Shown here piece after piece: positions 35,281 through 50,300 of a stretch of 64,000 nt of DNA (its first letter is position 1; each line of letters begins with the position of its first letter). Origin of the DNA: Balanoglossus misakiensis (taxonomy: Eukaryota > Animalia > Hemichordata); the NCBI GenBank assembly GCA_040954595.2, contig CM082592.2:5114506-5178505 (forward strand), given 5' to 3'. The translations under genes and the position numbers were made by a program. The notes under the pieces were generated by a model. The model was not told where the DNA came from and did no database searches. It saw only the letters and a list, made by a program, of their open reading frames with translations.

Positions 35281-37524
35281 CTAAGTCTTGATGAATACAG
35301 CAAATACGTCACCCAAACCAATATCTTCGGAACCTGTCGAATAATTGTTTATGATAATGATGATTATTATTATTATCAAAGAATTACATGTAACTTTATA
35401 CAAGACGTATGCAAGCAAGTCCCGCACTTGCCTGCACCGCTCGTCATCAACAAATGCGTCCATATTTCGAAAGCGCGGATTTGTACCATCTGGTCTCGCG
35501 ATTTCGATTTTGAACGAACTGCCAGGCACCGTTTGATCAGTTTTCGTGGATACTCCGGCAGAAACTTTACCCCAGTTTGCACGGAATATATTTGGCATCT
35601 CGGTGTCAAAATATAAATTCTCAAATGTGACCATTTGCAAATTGCGGCCATTCCCCGATTTCGGACTCTACAACCGACCCCCCCCCCCTCTCTGTTATAA
35701 TTGAAAGCTCCTTGAATTATTTATTTTTATTCACCAAGCGTACACGTACTTACCACTCTGATAATTGATCCGCTGTCTTGCTTTGCCGTACAAGAAATAC
35801 GGTAGTGATTCCAAACTCGACCAATCGCATACCACATAACCAGGGTCCACGACGACGAGCCAGCCCATGTCAACAGTACAACCGCCGTAATTTCTATTCA
35901 CCATGAAACGACGTGACAAGCTACCATCGCTGTGAACATTTACAGAGGGTTTTGTGATAAAAATAGTTCAACCCAAGTATTTTAGGGTGGAAAACTGTTT
36001 GCAGAGAACTCTGCGCGCGGTGTTGTACATAATTTTGACATATCTGGGTAAATTTGCATTTCCACCGTCTTATTTGGGAAATTGTTACTTAAAATCTATG
36101 TGCCATATGACTAGTATACTCCCCCACTTGTATACACTTACCCGTAGATTGAAAAGAAATTTGTAGTGGTGGCAGAATTAAGGTCGGTGTATGAGGTATG
36201 CGTTAATCGCTGTTTGCTGAACCAGTTCATCTTATCGCTGCCTTCACCATCGAATATCATGTACATCTGTTCCTTGCCACCTTCGTAAATTGCAACCTTT
36301 ACCTATAGTATTGACGTGTATAAAAGAAATTTTCTTTAAAATGAGATTAACAAAATCATCATATAGAATTTCATTTCAATTTCTGCTTGATTTTAGGTTT
36401 CCTTTTATTAAGTTATTTCTGTCGATGGGGTCTTCAACATGCTGAGGTATGCCAATTTACGAGTGTGAAATTTTCCTGTGGCGCTTTCATCTGCGGTCAA
36501 TTTATCATCATGATAATTTTATTTCAAGATTTCCTTCCGGGATATTTTCAACCCTGTTTTCCCTCTCTGTTTTACTGTTTCGATGGAGGAATGCATACAG
36601 AAATGTTTACTCCTCCTCTGAACCCCCCCCCCCCCCCACACACACACACACAATATTACCGATCATGTGACTTAAAACTAGGGACTCTATACCTAATTCC
36701 AAGCCAATCGGACAGGCGAATTGTAAGAAGAAAATTTGAACATATTTTACCAAATGGCAAAAAATTAACTAAAATTGCAATATTGCAGATTCCTTTTAAT
36801 GTAAACAGACCTCCCAAAGTCATTCTATGTTTACGTGCATACCAAATTTCTATACAATCCCATGACGAATGTCTGAGGGGTAGCTCTTTGTGCCCAAAAC
36901 TGCAACAGTATACTTCTTCAAATGCGACCAGTTGTCTACTCACGCCGCTGTACGAAGCTATAGGCCTATACACGCCCTACACTGACTGGCCGTCAATATT
37001 GTAGCCAATCACGACGGGTAAATAAAGCCTATAGCTCTATTGCGTCAAGGAACATAGCTAGCTCGGCCAAAATGTTGGCAGCACCCATTCGTAAGGTGGA
37101 CATTGAACGAGTAAAGACCATGAAACTTTCCGTACTACTTCTAAAAATACAAGAGTAGTATACGACTTTGTTTATGGGCCACACTGTTATGATGTTACTG
37201 TCAACTTGATGGAAAATGGCACACACAATACACATAAAGCTTTGCTTAACAAAATTTCCTGTCTCCCGCATCACCCATAGACAAAGATAGACACATACAC
37301 AAGACACCATGCACTGCTTACCTTTTTGACACCCAGACTGCTCCAGCTGTCGATGCTTGCGCTTTTGTAGTGACCAGGGAAATCTTTGTTTAATTCTCTG
37401 GCCTGAGCATTATCCTCATTCTGTCCACCATTGTTACCTACCCACAGATTATATACACTTTCCCCTGCACCTGAAACTGCTTTAAATACTAGTTCCCATC
37501 CTGAAAACAGTAAAATGATATGCG

Positions 37525-37584
<60 letters not shown>

Positions 37585-38538
37585 GTAAACTGACCTCTGC
37601 CATGATAGTGCATTCGTTCTGGGACCGGCTATAACTGCCAGTTTTGCTTCGACAGGAATGGCTGAGTAAAGAATAGCATTCACGTTGCTCTTAAACCAAG
37701 TCTCAGTCAATGGCGCGTTTAAACAGTGACTTGTCGATTAGCTGCGGAGAGGTAATTTTGAACAAGGAGAGATTTGAGACTCTCATGGTTACATGCACAC
37801 TCATAGCTGTACCCTTTAGTTATTTTTTTCGGCCATTTCATTCTGTGTAGCAAAGTCAATTCTATTGTTACTCTTGATACGACAATTGAATTCTATCCGA
37901 ATTTGAATTCACTTTGCCACAATAACCTCAATAACTGACTGAACCTATAGGTCATGCTCTGATAGTGACAAGTAGCTTACGGCATGGGTGTTTCATTATG
38001 GTTCGGAAATTCGGAAAAGTAACTGAGGCAGAAATACCGAACAAAACACCAATTCAACAGCCAGAAGTAATGTAAAGGAGCCTGGCCAATGAGAGCAATG
38101 CATTCACCCGGAAACTGTGGGCAGAATCTCATTACATACATGTACGTCGTTGCATTGGACAAGACAACGACAATAAGCATGGCTATAGGTCCGTCAGACC
38201 ACAAGGTTGTATTAAACAAAAGTTGGTCTCGTACCTTCTATGATGTTTCCCAATTGTGATTTGACTTGAAGAAGCTCTTGTTGAATATCTCCAATTGTCT
38301 GTTTCAACTCCATGTTTTCGTTCTTCATTTGCGTCATATCGAGGACGGTGTTCTGGGTGGATGGGCATGCCTGGCCGTTTGGGCGCGGCAACACGAAGGT
38401 GTAGGCGCACTGTTGTCCGGATGTACACTCGTCGTGGCTGTCGAAACATCGCATACGCTCGCCGACAGTTGGTTGTTCCGTTGATAACCGACACAGCCAG
38501 AGTACAATGGCAACTTTCAAGACTATACTGTGGTACAT
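35281..38538 (-). CDS. Secreted protein (290 aa): signal peptide, angiopoietin-like CAYTF motif, coiled coil, ~190-aa Trp/Phe-rich C-terminal domain of unknown function
   Basis: Exons 38538-38235, 37500-37322, 36302-36142, 35929-35754, 35333-35281 (873 nt, in frame, GT-AG). C-terminal domain: GWELVFKAVSG..SVYNLW..HYKS..IDSW..VKVAIY..FDGEGSDKMNWFS..RL..NFFSIYG..RRFMVNRNYGGC..DMGWLVVVD..CDW..PYFLY..GDVFAVFIKT*. Confidence 0.85.
37525..37584. repeat. (GAT)n microsatellite
   Basis: About 19 GAT units, just upstream of an acceptor site on the minus strand. Confidence 0.98.
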
Positions 38539-38643
38539 GATGGCCGCCGTCGAGGGTAGTTCAAGCTATCGAAGCGCTAACGACAGTGGAAGGCAATTTC
38601 GGACGTAGACGCTTTGTTCGATTACCTAGAAAAGTTGACTTAA

Positions 38644-39377
38644 GGAAGAACGCGCCTCGACCATTTTAGTCGTTTACGCAGGGTTCTGAGCAGGGTGCCG
38701 AAAGTTAAATTTATTTCCGATGTTTTCAAACAAAGTTGTAGTGTAGTGATATCAGGTTATTTTTGTAAACACGACGTATTTATTAAATTAGGGTCAGAAA
38801 TTTCGCGCATTTGCAATCATACGTAGATCTTTGTAAAACGGCTTCATAAATAGGTATTTTAGGCGAGTCGTCGTATTTTTTCAACATTATGGAATCTACA
38901 CTTAAAGAATGTTTTATTTTAGCAATTCTGAGATTTCCTCTTCTTAAGTATGATAATCGCATATGATTTCTACAGTTAATTAAATTAAACACAGAAATTG
39001 CCTAAAATCAACTTTGATGTCATCTTTTACCACTTCCAGACTGAAACTTGATGAAATATATCAAATCAATTTAAGGGGCAAAATGGAGAGGGGGGGCACC
39101 ATGCAAATTGTTGAGACAAAGGAAGTTAAACATGGCTTATGGACGTCTTCAATATCCCCGGATAGACTGCAAAAGAGTCTGGTTGCTATAGCAACCAAAA
39201 TTATTGCATATACGCGAACATTTCTATCCCTAATTTAATAAATACATTGTGTGTATCAAAATGACCTAACAGTACTACATTACAACTTTGATTTTAAAAC
39301 ACGGGAAATAAAATTTAACGTTTGACACTGCGCAGAACCCTGCGTAAAAAACTAAAATGATCGAGGCGCGTTCTTCC
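38644..39377. mobile_element. 734-bp non-autonomous DNA transposon with ~100-bp imperfect TIRs and TTAA TSD (Kolobok-like)
   Basis: TTAA(38640-38643)|GGAAGAACGCGCCTCGAccattttagtcgtttacgcagggttctg... pairs with ...cagaaccctgcgtaaaaaactaaaatgaTCGAGGCGCGTTCTTCC|TTAA(39378-39381); no transposase ORF inside. Confidence 0.9.
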
Positions 39378-40253
39378 TTAAATGATGACGTTACTATTTA
39401 CCTTTATGCACTGGCACTGCGCCATCTGCGAAGCACGTGAAAAAATTTGCACTGGGACCACACCCACTTCCCAAGGTCCAACCACATCCAACGACTGTCA
39501 CTAGGTACCAAAGTGTGTACTTGTGCCAGGTTTCTTCCAACTTATTTCAAAGCAGCGCGAACCGCAATATAGTTTATGCTTTGGGAATATTTAGGAATAA
39601 CCACACTATAGTCAACGCCACATCATCTTTTGTGCATATTGTTTTATCCAAAATAAGTTTTGGTTTGATTTCCATCACTATACACCAATTTCACAGATAT
39701 TAAATAGATAAGGGTAAATTATCCACAAACCTATATAATTATGACGACCACCAAAAAATCCATACCTCTACTCTATAAGAATGATGGGATCATAGTTGAG
39801 AGCAAAAGTATACAATGTCATGCGTGATCCCCATTAAACATTAAGTGAACCTTAAACGATAAATACTCCTTTTCATTCTCCAAAACAGTAAATAGTGTCA
39901 AAAGAACACTACAGTACTGGCCGTAGTTGCAAACTCAAAACAGCTGAACGTCTGCGTGGTTGGTGAAAGCCCACAAAGGAGAAAATAGACCACATTGAAG
40001 AATCGACAGGGAAAAAGTAAATGCTGTCTTCAGTATTCAAATTGAAGTATTACAGCTACAACAACCCTCTAAAGTACCCCAAATCCAGAAACCCTGATAA
40101 ATTATTCAACATTGATGTCGTTGCAGGAGCATTTTAAAAAAATCATTTGCCAAAGTACTTGTTATTGTACTTGTATAAAATCAAAAGTCAAACTCTACAT
40201 ATTTTAAGCCTACTCTAAGTCTAATATTTCTGTTGATGGTCATCTACACAGTG

Positions 40254-43200
40254 TTAGAGTAATAAATAGGCAACCACGGACGCTATCATCAACACTGGCA
40301 TTCCAAACACCAATTGGCTACCATCGCTGATCACTGCAGTAAAAACGTGGAGAAAATGGCAAATACATTGTCAATGTACGCAATATCTTTTTATTGTTAT
40401 GATACATGCATAGACACACAGTACATAGACAGACAGACAAGAGCGACTTTCCAGTCTTATACCTACATCTTTCACATGATGCTCCCATAAAACCATCCAT
40501 ACATGCACACACCACTGTTGTTCCGTATACAATGCAGTCGGCTTCGTTTTCGCAGGGATTGGGGTTACACAAATCCAATTCTAAAGACAAAGGTTACACA
40601 GAGATTATTGAAACAATGAGCGATTTCTTACAGTTTGGTGCATACTGAGCCGTTGAGCTTGTAAGGTTGTAAATCGACTTTCTGAAAGTGACTCAAGCAA
40701 GGAAAAGTCCACTTACTTCGTTCACACCTATCCCCGCCGTAATCACTCGGACACACGCAGGCCGGTCCGTCGGGGGTTTTACGACAGGTACCTCGTTCAC
40801 ACGGGCCGTTGTTATCGCACATGTTCAGGCCTGTGTGAAATAATCGAAGGATTCGTTTTTACAACTCTGAAAAGGCGGCCGAATGTGGCTTTACCATAGC
40901 CGTAATGACCATAACTACTTTTAAAACATTAAGATAAAAGTCTTCGCCAGCCCTGTAAATCATACATTTTACAAACCGAGTTTAATGTAATGTGCATCAC
41001 CCCCAACCTCTCAAAACTTGCCGGATTCATACTTACTCATTTCACAGTTAAGTCCATCAAATCCATCGGGACACGTGCAGACATATCCAAGTTCCTCGTC
41101 GTCGCTCATGAAACAGACACCGTCGTTCAAACACAGACCTCGGTAGATATCGGGGCAAGCCAAGGTTTCTTGCGATAGAGAAGCAAGAAGTAAAGAAAGT
41201 AAGCGTTAAGGTGGTATGTGCCTCGAACGTCAAAGTCTTAAACTTTTTCCCGGGTTTTGCGTAGAGCAACTTAAGATTATTCTCCCTTGAAATAGAGAAT
41301 AAAAATTGGGGTGTACTGTCCATGGACTATTTTGATTGAGAGAACGAAAGTGTCCCAAATCTGAATTCAAAATGGCCGCCACTCTCTGTGTTGACTCTAT
41401 GGAAAAATTTAAAGTGGCGATTTTTTATGAAAACAAGGCAAACACCATGTTTTCTTCTTCCAAAAAGACTCCCCACACAGAACGGAAAACTAAAAGGTTT
41501 GGGGACTATAATTTTTTCTGAAAATCTTATAATGCTATATGGTTTGTACCTCACCTCGATCGCAATTTTTGCCAGTGAATCCCAGTTGACAAACGCATTT
41601 GTAGCCTCCTTGCTCTTCGGTGTCAAATACACATCTTCCACCGTTCTGACATGGTTGACTGGTCTGACAAGCATCATCTGTTGGACGTAAATGATAAGTA
41701 CTGTGATGGTTAGCTTATTCTAGGAAGACAGACAGACAAACAGAATAAACGTAACTATTACATGGAAAACTAAAATGGAGGATAAAATATATTCTACAGA
41801 CTCACGTTGTTCACAATTGTAACCAATATATCCTGGAAGACACGAACAATAATAGCCCTCCGCCATAGTTGGGTCTCTTGTACACATTCCTCCATTCCGA
41901 CACGGTCGGTAACTAACACATCGGTCAACTGCAGAACATGAGATGCCTTAATTACTACATGCATCGTCACCGAAGTTAAAACATGTGTGTGACGTGGGTC
42001 AGTGTTTGTGAACACCTGATCGTATGCAATTTGCATATTTAAGGTACAGCAATTGGAAGATCGCCGCCACATACCTTCTGCGCAATTTTTGCCCACAAAG
42101 GTCGACGCACACAGGCAAATGTAGTCTTCTGGACGATTGGGGTCACTTGCACAGGTGCCGCCGTTTTGACATGGATGACTCGAACAAGGCGCGACTGGAA
42201 CAAGAAAGAACGCGAACCACATTAAATGATTTGCATTGACAGTGAACGAATCTGCCATCGCAGACAATAAACACGTGTATCCCACCTAGCACATGCAGCG
42301 AATCTTGTTCAAAACGCAAAATCAAATTACTAAGTCCGTCCTCCTACCTACCTGCACCACAGTTTTTGCCGACATATTGTTCTGAGCACACGCATCTATA
42401 CCCGTCAGGGAGAGTCAGGTCGATCTCGCACATCCCGCCGTTTCTGCACGGCCGTCGAAGAAGGCACGGATTTTCTTTGGAGGAAAGAAAGAATTAAGAA
42501 CTTGGCGGGAAATATTTCAGCAAGGCAGGCGGTGATATTATTAGAAATAACCCGCCAATGTCAACGTATTTTTATCAAGAAGTTTAGGAGCTGGAACGTA
42601 CAATCAAAGCAGTCAACAAACATCCCTGTCATCATTAATTTGAGGCGTACTTACAGTATTTTCACCATATCAACAAAACTACATCGCCACATACCTTGGC
42701 TGCATGTCGTGCCGACAAAACCATCACGGCAAATACATACGAAGTGATTGGGTAGATTTTGGTCACGTGAGCAAACGCCACCATTCATGCATGGTTGACT
42801 GTAACAAGGATCTCCTGATAAACAGAAATGAATACGAACATTTAGCAGGTGCTTTGTACGTGGATAACTTCACATTTTGGAACATTTGTTGTATGTGCAC
42901 CCTAAAGCGGTAAAACACTTTTAGTATCGTCGATAGTTTATGTAATTCACTGCTGAGAAGCATTAAGCCACCATACCTATTTCACAATTTCTGCCCGAGA
43001 AACCCAACAGGCAGAAACACTGGTACCCTTCGGAACTGCTCGGGTCACGTGAACAGGTGCCACCATTTTCACACGGTTGACTGAGAGCACATGGATTTAC
43101 TACGAAAAAGGGAAATAAATTCAGTCATCGAAAAGTACATATCAACTAAGATTTCCACATTAAAACAAATACATGTATACACACTCTCAATGACTTACGT

Positions 43201-46200
43201 TTAAAATGAAAATGGAAATTTTGGTAGAAAGGGACAAAGGTCAAAATTTCCAGGTGCGTATGTTTTCAAGTAAAAAAGTATTTGCAATACCTTGTTCGCA
43301 GTGCAGGCCAGTGTACCCTTGGTTACAAAAACATCTGTATCCGCCGAATTGCGTTGTATCGGGTGAACACGTTCCGCCATTTTGACACGGCTGGGATATC
43401 AAACAGGCATCCACTAAAAAAATGAAAACGTCAAGGATGATATTGTCATCGTGGCCATTTTATAAGATAAACACTGTTAGTGAGAACTGTTTTCACGGAT
43501 GATTTATAGTAAAGAAATGCGTGGCCTACAAAGAAGCAAACGTGGCAACTCACCTTCTTGGCAGGTCTGCCCAGCAAAACCTTCAGAACAGACACATAGA
43601 TATCCTTCGGGTTGGGTGGAGTCTGGTGAGCAAGTGCCGCCATTTTTACACGGCTGTGAGATGCGACATGGGTTGACTGTTCAGAGAAGAATACGACAAC
43701 CCCCGTTTAAAATAAGTCTAGAAATTATAAAATTATATATGGAAACGCGAAACCTCTAATAAATTTCTCATTGCAATTTACGTCAGTTTGCGATTTTTGT
43801 TCAAAGCATATTTACACAGTATCGTAAATTTTCACGTTTGTGGCCGTTTCAATTGTAGGTTCTTTAAATACGCTGTCGTTCTCTTACCTTGCTCACAGTG
43901 TCTGCCTTCAAAGTATTCGAAACAGGTACATAAATAGCCTGTCGGTTCGGTCGGCTCTGGTGAACACGTGCCGCCATTTTGACACGGTTGTGATATGAGG
44001 CACGGGTTCACTGTTTGCAAGGGTGAAAAATATTTCAAGGCTATTGGTTAATGGATATGAATTTTCAAGTATTAATGTTAAAATGCAACAATACTAGATT
44101 TAGACTCACTCACACGGAAAGATGTGACTATCCCATGTGGTAGTATGCACAGTTCCTGTCGGATAATGACGGCTAATTGGTTTAAGGAAAATTAAGCGCA
44201 AACCCGAGATCTTACCTTGGTCACAAGTTTGTCCCGTGAACCCTTGCAGACAGAGGCAAATATATCCGGCCTGATTGGTTGGATCGCGTGAACACGTGCC
44301 GCCGTTAAGACAGGGCTCGCTGATAACGCATGGGTTCACTGTAGAAGAAGGGAAACTTTCAATTTTTCTGCCATTTTGCTTTTGGCGTTTGCTGGGTTAT
44401 TCAAACGGTCAATCTTGTGCGATACCCTTGTTAGTAGTACATCTCAAAGTGAGTCAGTCAGTTAGTCAATCAGTCAGTCAGTCAGACAGACAGACAGTAT
44501 TGCATTTGAGTGAGCGAGCGAGTAAGTGAGTGCTACCGACCAATGTGTGAGCACTTTACCTTGTTCACAGTTCTGCCCAGTGTACCCGCTAACACAGGAA
44601 CACCTGTAGCCCCCAACCTGGGCGGAGTCCGGCGAACACGTTCCGCCATTTTGACATGGCTGTGAGATGAGGCAAGGATTTACTGGGCGAGATAAAAAAA
44701 TGAATCGGTTATCAATACCTCCATTTGATTATGTGGTTATTTATAAGTATTGACTATTCGAAGGACAAGACAGGTCTCAAGTGGATGACGTCAGAAAACT
44801 AGAAATTGAGACCATTCGGATCATATGCAAGATACTAGAGCTTTTGAATACATTAATACGTCACTTGTTTCATACTTTGACTACAGTCAGGTCCAACAAA
44901 GCCTGGGAAACAAGAACATCTGTATCCGCCGGGTTGGGTCGGGTCCTGGAAACATTCGCCGCCGTTTTTACAAGGCGAGGAGCCCGAGATGAGACACGGG
45001 TTTACTGAAAGGTAAAAGATTAAGGAAACTTTCAACTGCGGATATCCTACGTGGTAACAGTTGAAATTAAATTCGTGCGCATCTTTATTGTCAGGGTCAT
45101 TGCGCATATATGCATCGTTGCACTAACTTAATACACGCATGTGGTCCTAAATATGTTCTGAAATAATTACACATGCAAAGATATCGCTGGCATGATTTGG
45201 GCTAGACTATAGCTATACTCAGGCTCGTTCTGGGGGGATCCTTACCTTGTTCACAGTTCTGTCCCGTATAACCCTGGAAGCACGTGCACCGGTATCGGGA
45301 TTGCATCGTCGAGTCCGGTATACATGTTCCGCCATTTTGACAGGGTTGGGATATCAGGCATGGACTGACTGTGAGGGGAAAATGTATTCATGTCACATTT
45401 GTCAAATCGGAACAAGTTGAAAGCTGTTTTTACTGAGTCATGAATACAGAAAAGGCGTGAGTATGCAATGGACTGGATGAAATAAAACACACCTTGTTCA
45501 CAGTTCACACCGGCGTAATCAGGCAAGCAGGTACACCTGTATCCTCCCGGTTGAGTTGAGTCACGTGAACACGCTCCGCCATTTTGACACGGCCTGGGTT
45601 GACAGGCATCGGCTGGCGACAGGAAACAGCAACAACGGTTATAAGTAGATGCACATCGCGGAGAGAGGTAATCAAAAAAATACAACTTCCTTGAAGGTCA
45701 GAAACATTTCAACAGCTTTCAAGAAACGCCAGACCGCGGCTTCATTTTGCACATCTGTGACACTCGGTATATTGTTGTAGGGTGGAATTCCATAGGCTGC
45801 AGTACTCCAGCATACCTTGCTCGCAGTTTTGTCCTGTAAATCCCTGTGGGCATGCGCACCTATACCCTCCTGGCTGACCAGCGTCTGCCAGGCACGTTCC
45901 GCCATTCACACACGGTGAAGATACGATGCAGGGATTGGCTACAAGGAAAAATAAAATTTATCTTATCGTATTACAATGTTGTGATACGTTAATTGGCTAC
46001 AAGGCAAAATAAATTTTCTCGTATCGTATTAAAATGTAGTGATACGTTAACAAATTCAGCTTATGTCATGTTACTACATATAGGCGTTTCGTCTAAGAAA
46101 AAATACAAAGAAGAACAAATTTCAAAAAGGACAAATACCTTCTGCACAATTTTTCCCTGTAAATCCCAGCATGCACGAACAGCGGTATCCTCCACTCGCA

Positions 46201-47304
46201 GACGAGTCACGTGAACAGGTTCCGCCATTTTGGCAGGGCATCGCCAAAACACATTGGTCAACTGTTAATTTAAATAATCTAAATTAGTTAATGCACCGAA
46301 AAGATAGAAGACCAAGGCAAACCAAAAAAATATCAATTTATAAATTAGCTTTTCTCATACTATTATACTGTGCATATTAATGAATATGACCGACATACCT
46401 TGCTCACAGTTGACCCCGAAGAAGCCGTGGACGCACGAACAAACATACCTTTCCGGTTGAGTTTGGTCGGTGCGACACGTTCCGCCATTTTGACAAGGCT
46501 GGGTAAAACACGTATCAACTGAAATGAAAGTGTACGCTGAAATCAATATAGTTTGTTCGCGAGAACCACATTACATGAACAGGAATGACAAAAAGCTCAG
46601 GGAATGAACACCAAAGCTCAAACTTGAGCCAGTCTTACCGTCCTGACAGTTATCTCCCGTGAACCACTGCAGACACGAACATCTGTAGCCTTCACTGTCG
46701 CTCAAATCCTGAACACAGGTGCCGCCATTTTGACAGGGCTGCGTCTGACACGGGTTGTCTGAATGCAAGGGGACACCGAAATAGATTTACATGCACAATC
46801 TCGTTTGAGTGCTACATTGAAAACAAAAAAACTTTCCACGAATGGGATTTGATCAGGTGTACATGTATTGTAGATGCACATACAGATATTACACGTTTCG
46901 CTACTCACATGTCTGACACAGTTCACCTTCATAGGGACCATTACAAACACATACTTCTGTGCCACCAGATATTACACATGCACCGCCGTTTAGACATGGG
47001 TTCGGATCACAGTATACCTCTCCTATTAGAAAAGCATTGAAATCTTACCTTAGTATAACACATGAAGCAGTTGTCAAATGTCAACGAAGACATCATTATT
47101 CGCTCATGAGCACTTTTTGTCTTTTTTAAAAGACAAAGTTACATTTTCACAATATGGTTCATATATTTCTGTCTTGATAACAGATTAATAGAGTGATGTC
47201 GACCAAAGATTATGAAATAAAATTAAACTCGATCGAAACATAGGTTTGATTTCTCTTTGGTCCATTTTCATCCAAGGAAACATGCATGCATGTCCGTGGC
47301 TGCC

Positions 47305-47347
<43 letters not shown>

Positions 47348-50300
47348 TAGTGTCTGTCTGTGTCTTTCTTACTGTCTGTCTGCCTTCTTGCCTGCCCCAA
47401 TCAGCGCACCTTCATCTGTATTTAGCATAAATGACAACCACTGACTGACGACAGCATAAAGTCGACTTGCCTTGTTCACAGTTGATTCCTGTAAAACCCT
47501 CAATGCACTGACAGCGGTAGCCGCCATTTTGGTCATTCTGGCATGTTCCTCCATTTTGACATGGCTGACTGAAGCATACATTTACTGAAATGTAAGTCAA
47601 TGAAAATCATTTTATCACAAAATGGAAACAATTTTATTGGGGAAAACGCAACAACGGTTTTGCACAAACCGATAACAATTAAGGTCAATGACGAAAGCTC
47701 ACCATCTTGACACGTCGGTCCCGAAAACCACTCCAGACATGAACATCGATATCCATTGGGCTGACTTTGGTCAGTTGTACACAAACCGCCGTTTTGACAA
47801 GGCTGGGTCGAACATTGATTGACTGCAAAGATATTGGATCATGTTTATATAGAGAGAATGCTGACAAAGTGGACAACAGGGATGTCTACGATAGTCCTTC
47901 ATACACCTGACCACCTTGTACTAAATGGATCATACTTACATATTTCACACAGCGGTCCTTCATATGGTCCATTGCAAATGCAAATCTCGTTCCCATCGGA
48001 TATGACGCAAGTTCCGCCATTCTGGCAAGATATGGTATTGCACAGCAAATTTTCTGTACAAGAAATGTGCAATCTGTTAGTAGCCTATCAGAACTGTTTT
48101 TTCTTTTGAATAATGTCAGGGGGAAAAGAAAGCAAATCTACAGAAAAAATAAGAAGAATTCGATCTACCTTGCTCACAATTCGTCCCAGTGAATTGTGAT
48201 GGACAGGAACAAAAGTAACCTCCCTGCTCAACCGGATGTCGTTGACAGATGCCGCCATTTTGACATGGCTGACTCAGGCATGCGTACACTGTAAATACCA
48301 AATGCATGAGAATGCTGAATATTGGGGTGAAAAAATGTAATCTATACTGTTCGGTTGTGTTTGTCTTCTTGATGATATGTCGTAATGCTACTTTACATAT
48401 ATATTAGAGTGCCTCTATTGAGATGAAATATGAATGGTCTGAGAGCAGAGCACCCAGATGGCGTACTCACCCTGTTCACAACGATCCCCAGTGTAGGGTG
48501 GTTGGCAATTGCAACGAACGTTTCCATCAACCACAACACACTCGCCACTGTTTAGGCACGGGTTAGTACTGCACAGTGGGTTTCCTGTTGACAAATCACT
48601 TTATTTCAGCTTTTTTCCAAAAATTTAAAATTCACAATTGATGATCATGCCTGATCGAAAAAATAATAACTCTGGTATGAAAAACGTACCTTGTTCACAG
48701 TTAAGTCCTGTGAATCCTTGAAGACAAGAACAGAAATATCCGCCTATTTCAACCGGAGATCTCTGACAGATTCCGCCATTTTGGCACGGCTGGCTTATGC
48801 ATGCGTTCACTAAAGCAGAAGAAAAACAAAAGCCATTTATATTGTTTTATCATTTTGAAAGTGCACGTGTAAACATGACGACTATTCTGTATCTGAAAGA
48901 GTCTACCGACCTTGTTCACATTCGTCTCCTGAGAAGTACTCCGAACACACGCATCGGTATCCCCTGGCTTGACTGGAGTCTGGACGACAGTTGCCGCCGT
49001 TTTTACACGGTCGACTTTTGCACGGATTAACTGAAACAAATAAATTCATGTCGCTTAATGAAAATGGTGCGAGTTGGCTATAGCATGAAATATTCCAAAA
49101 TGCTTCATATACACATCATGAGTGCACCAAAGGCGAGCCCAGTGTTTGTGACTTTGTGGCCTGCCACACCCTACTGCCTCTGATGATTTAATCAAAATAC
49201 CCGTTCACTGAAACTTTCAGGAAAGACTTACAAATCAACTAGCACTGATGTTCTCTCAAAGACATGTCCCCATTTTTTTATTTCGATAATTGAAGCCGAA
49301 TATCAACGTCGATAAAAAGGAATCATTTTCTGCGGAATGACCTTGTCACTATAACCTAAAAACATCTGACAAATAACTCACGAATTTCACATCTGTTTCC
49401 TTCGTACAGCCCCTCACAGATACAAACTTCAGTGCCTCCAGAAATAGTACAAATTCCGTTATTGAGGCATGGGTTTGCATCACAAAGAACGTTGCCTGCG
49501 AGAAAGAAAAAAAAATAATAAACGACGCCGCATTCTCGCATTGCTTACATTTCATGATTTATTTTTAAACGCTCACAGCGATCACCGTGACCTTTACAAT
49601 AAGTCCCTTTTAGTATAAAACAAAAAATTTTGCTAGAAAAGTGTTGTCTACCATTCTTCGATTTTTATCGTGACTACATTGAATGAGATTCAAACATACT
49701 GCATCGGCTTACCAGCTTGGTGCTTGCAGATTTTATAGCCTATAAATCTAAATGCTATACGCACCTTGTTCGCAATTCGTCCCAACAAAGCCTTCTGCGC
49801 ATGTACAAAAATATCCTTCCGACTGTACAGGATGGCGTTGACAAGTTCCGCCATTTTGACAAGGTTGACTTAAGCACGCGTAAACTGAAAATAAAAAACA
49901 AACTCAAAGTTCTTCCATTTTTAAGCCACAGTATTTCTGCCACATCCAACTTTCAACAAAATCCGTCAAGATATTCCAGTAAAAAATGCAGCTGGCGACC
50001 ATATTGACGGTATGGATGGATAGACCAACGGACGAAGCCAAGTCTATCATTCCCAAAGACTATATTCCGAGTTTTAAAAAAAACATATGTTATATGTTAT
50101 ATGTTAACCTTCTCACCTTCCTCGCAGTCAACACCTGAGAAGTATTCTGAACACACACACGCGAAGCCTCTTTCTTGGCTGGAGTCTTGAAGACAAGTTC
50201 CACCATTTTTACACGGGTTACTATTGCATGGGTTTACTGAAATATAATCAATTTAGTTACTTTTGTGCAAGACATTATTTATCTTCAAGCCTTTTCAAAT

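Noticed and set aside
35345-35660. Open frame in the last intron of the secreted-protein gene (part of the 119-aa ORF)
   Set aside because: No convincing phase-compatible splice sites; the domain is complete without it. Probably a repeat fragment.
36387-37004. 205-aa plus-strand ORF
   Set aside because: Intronic and antisense to the secreted-protein gene, low-complexity and repeat-like, with no motifs.
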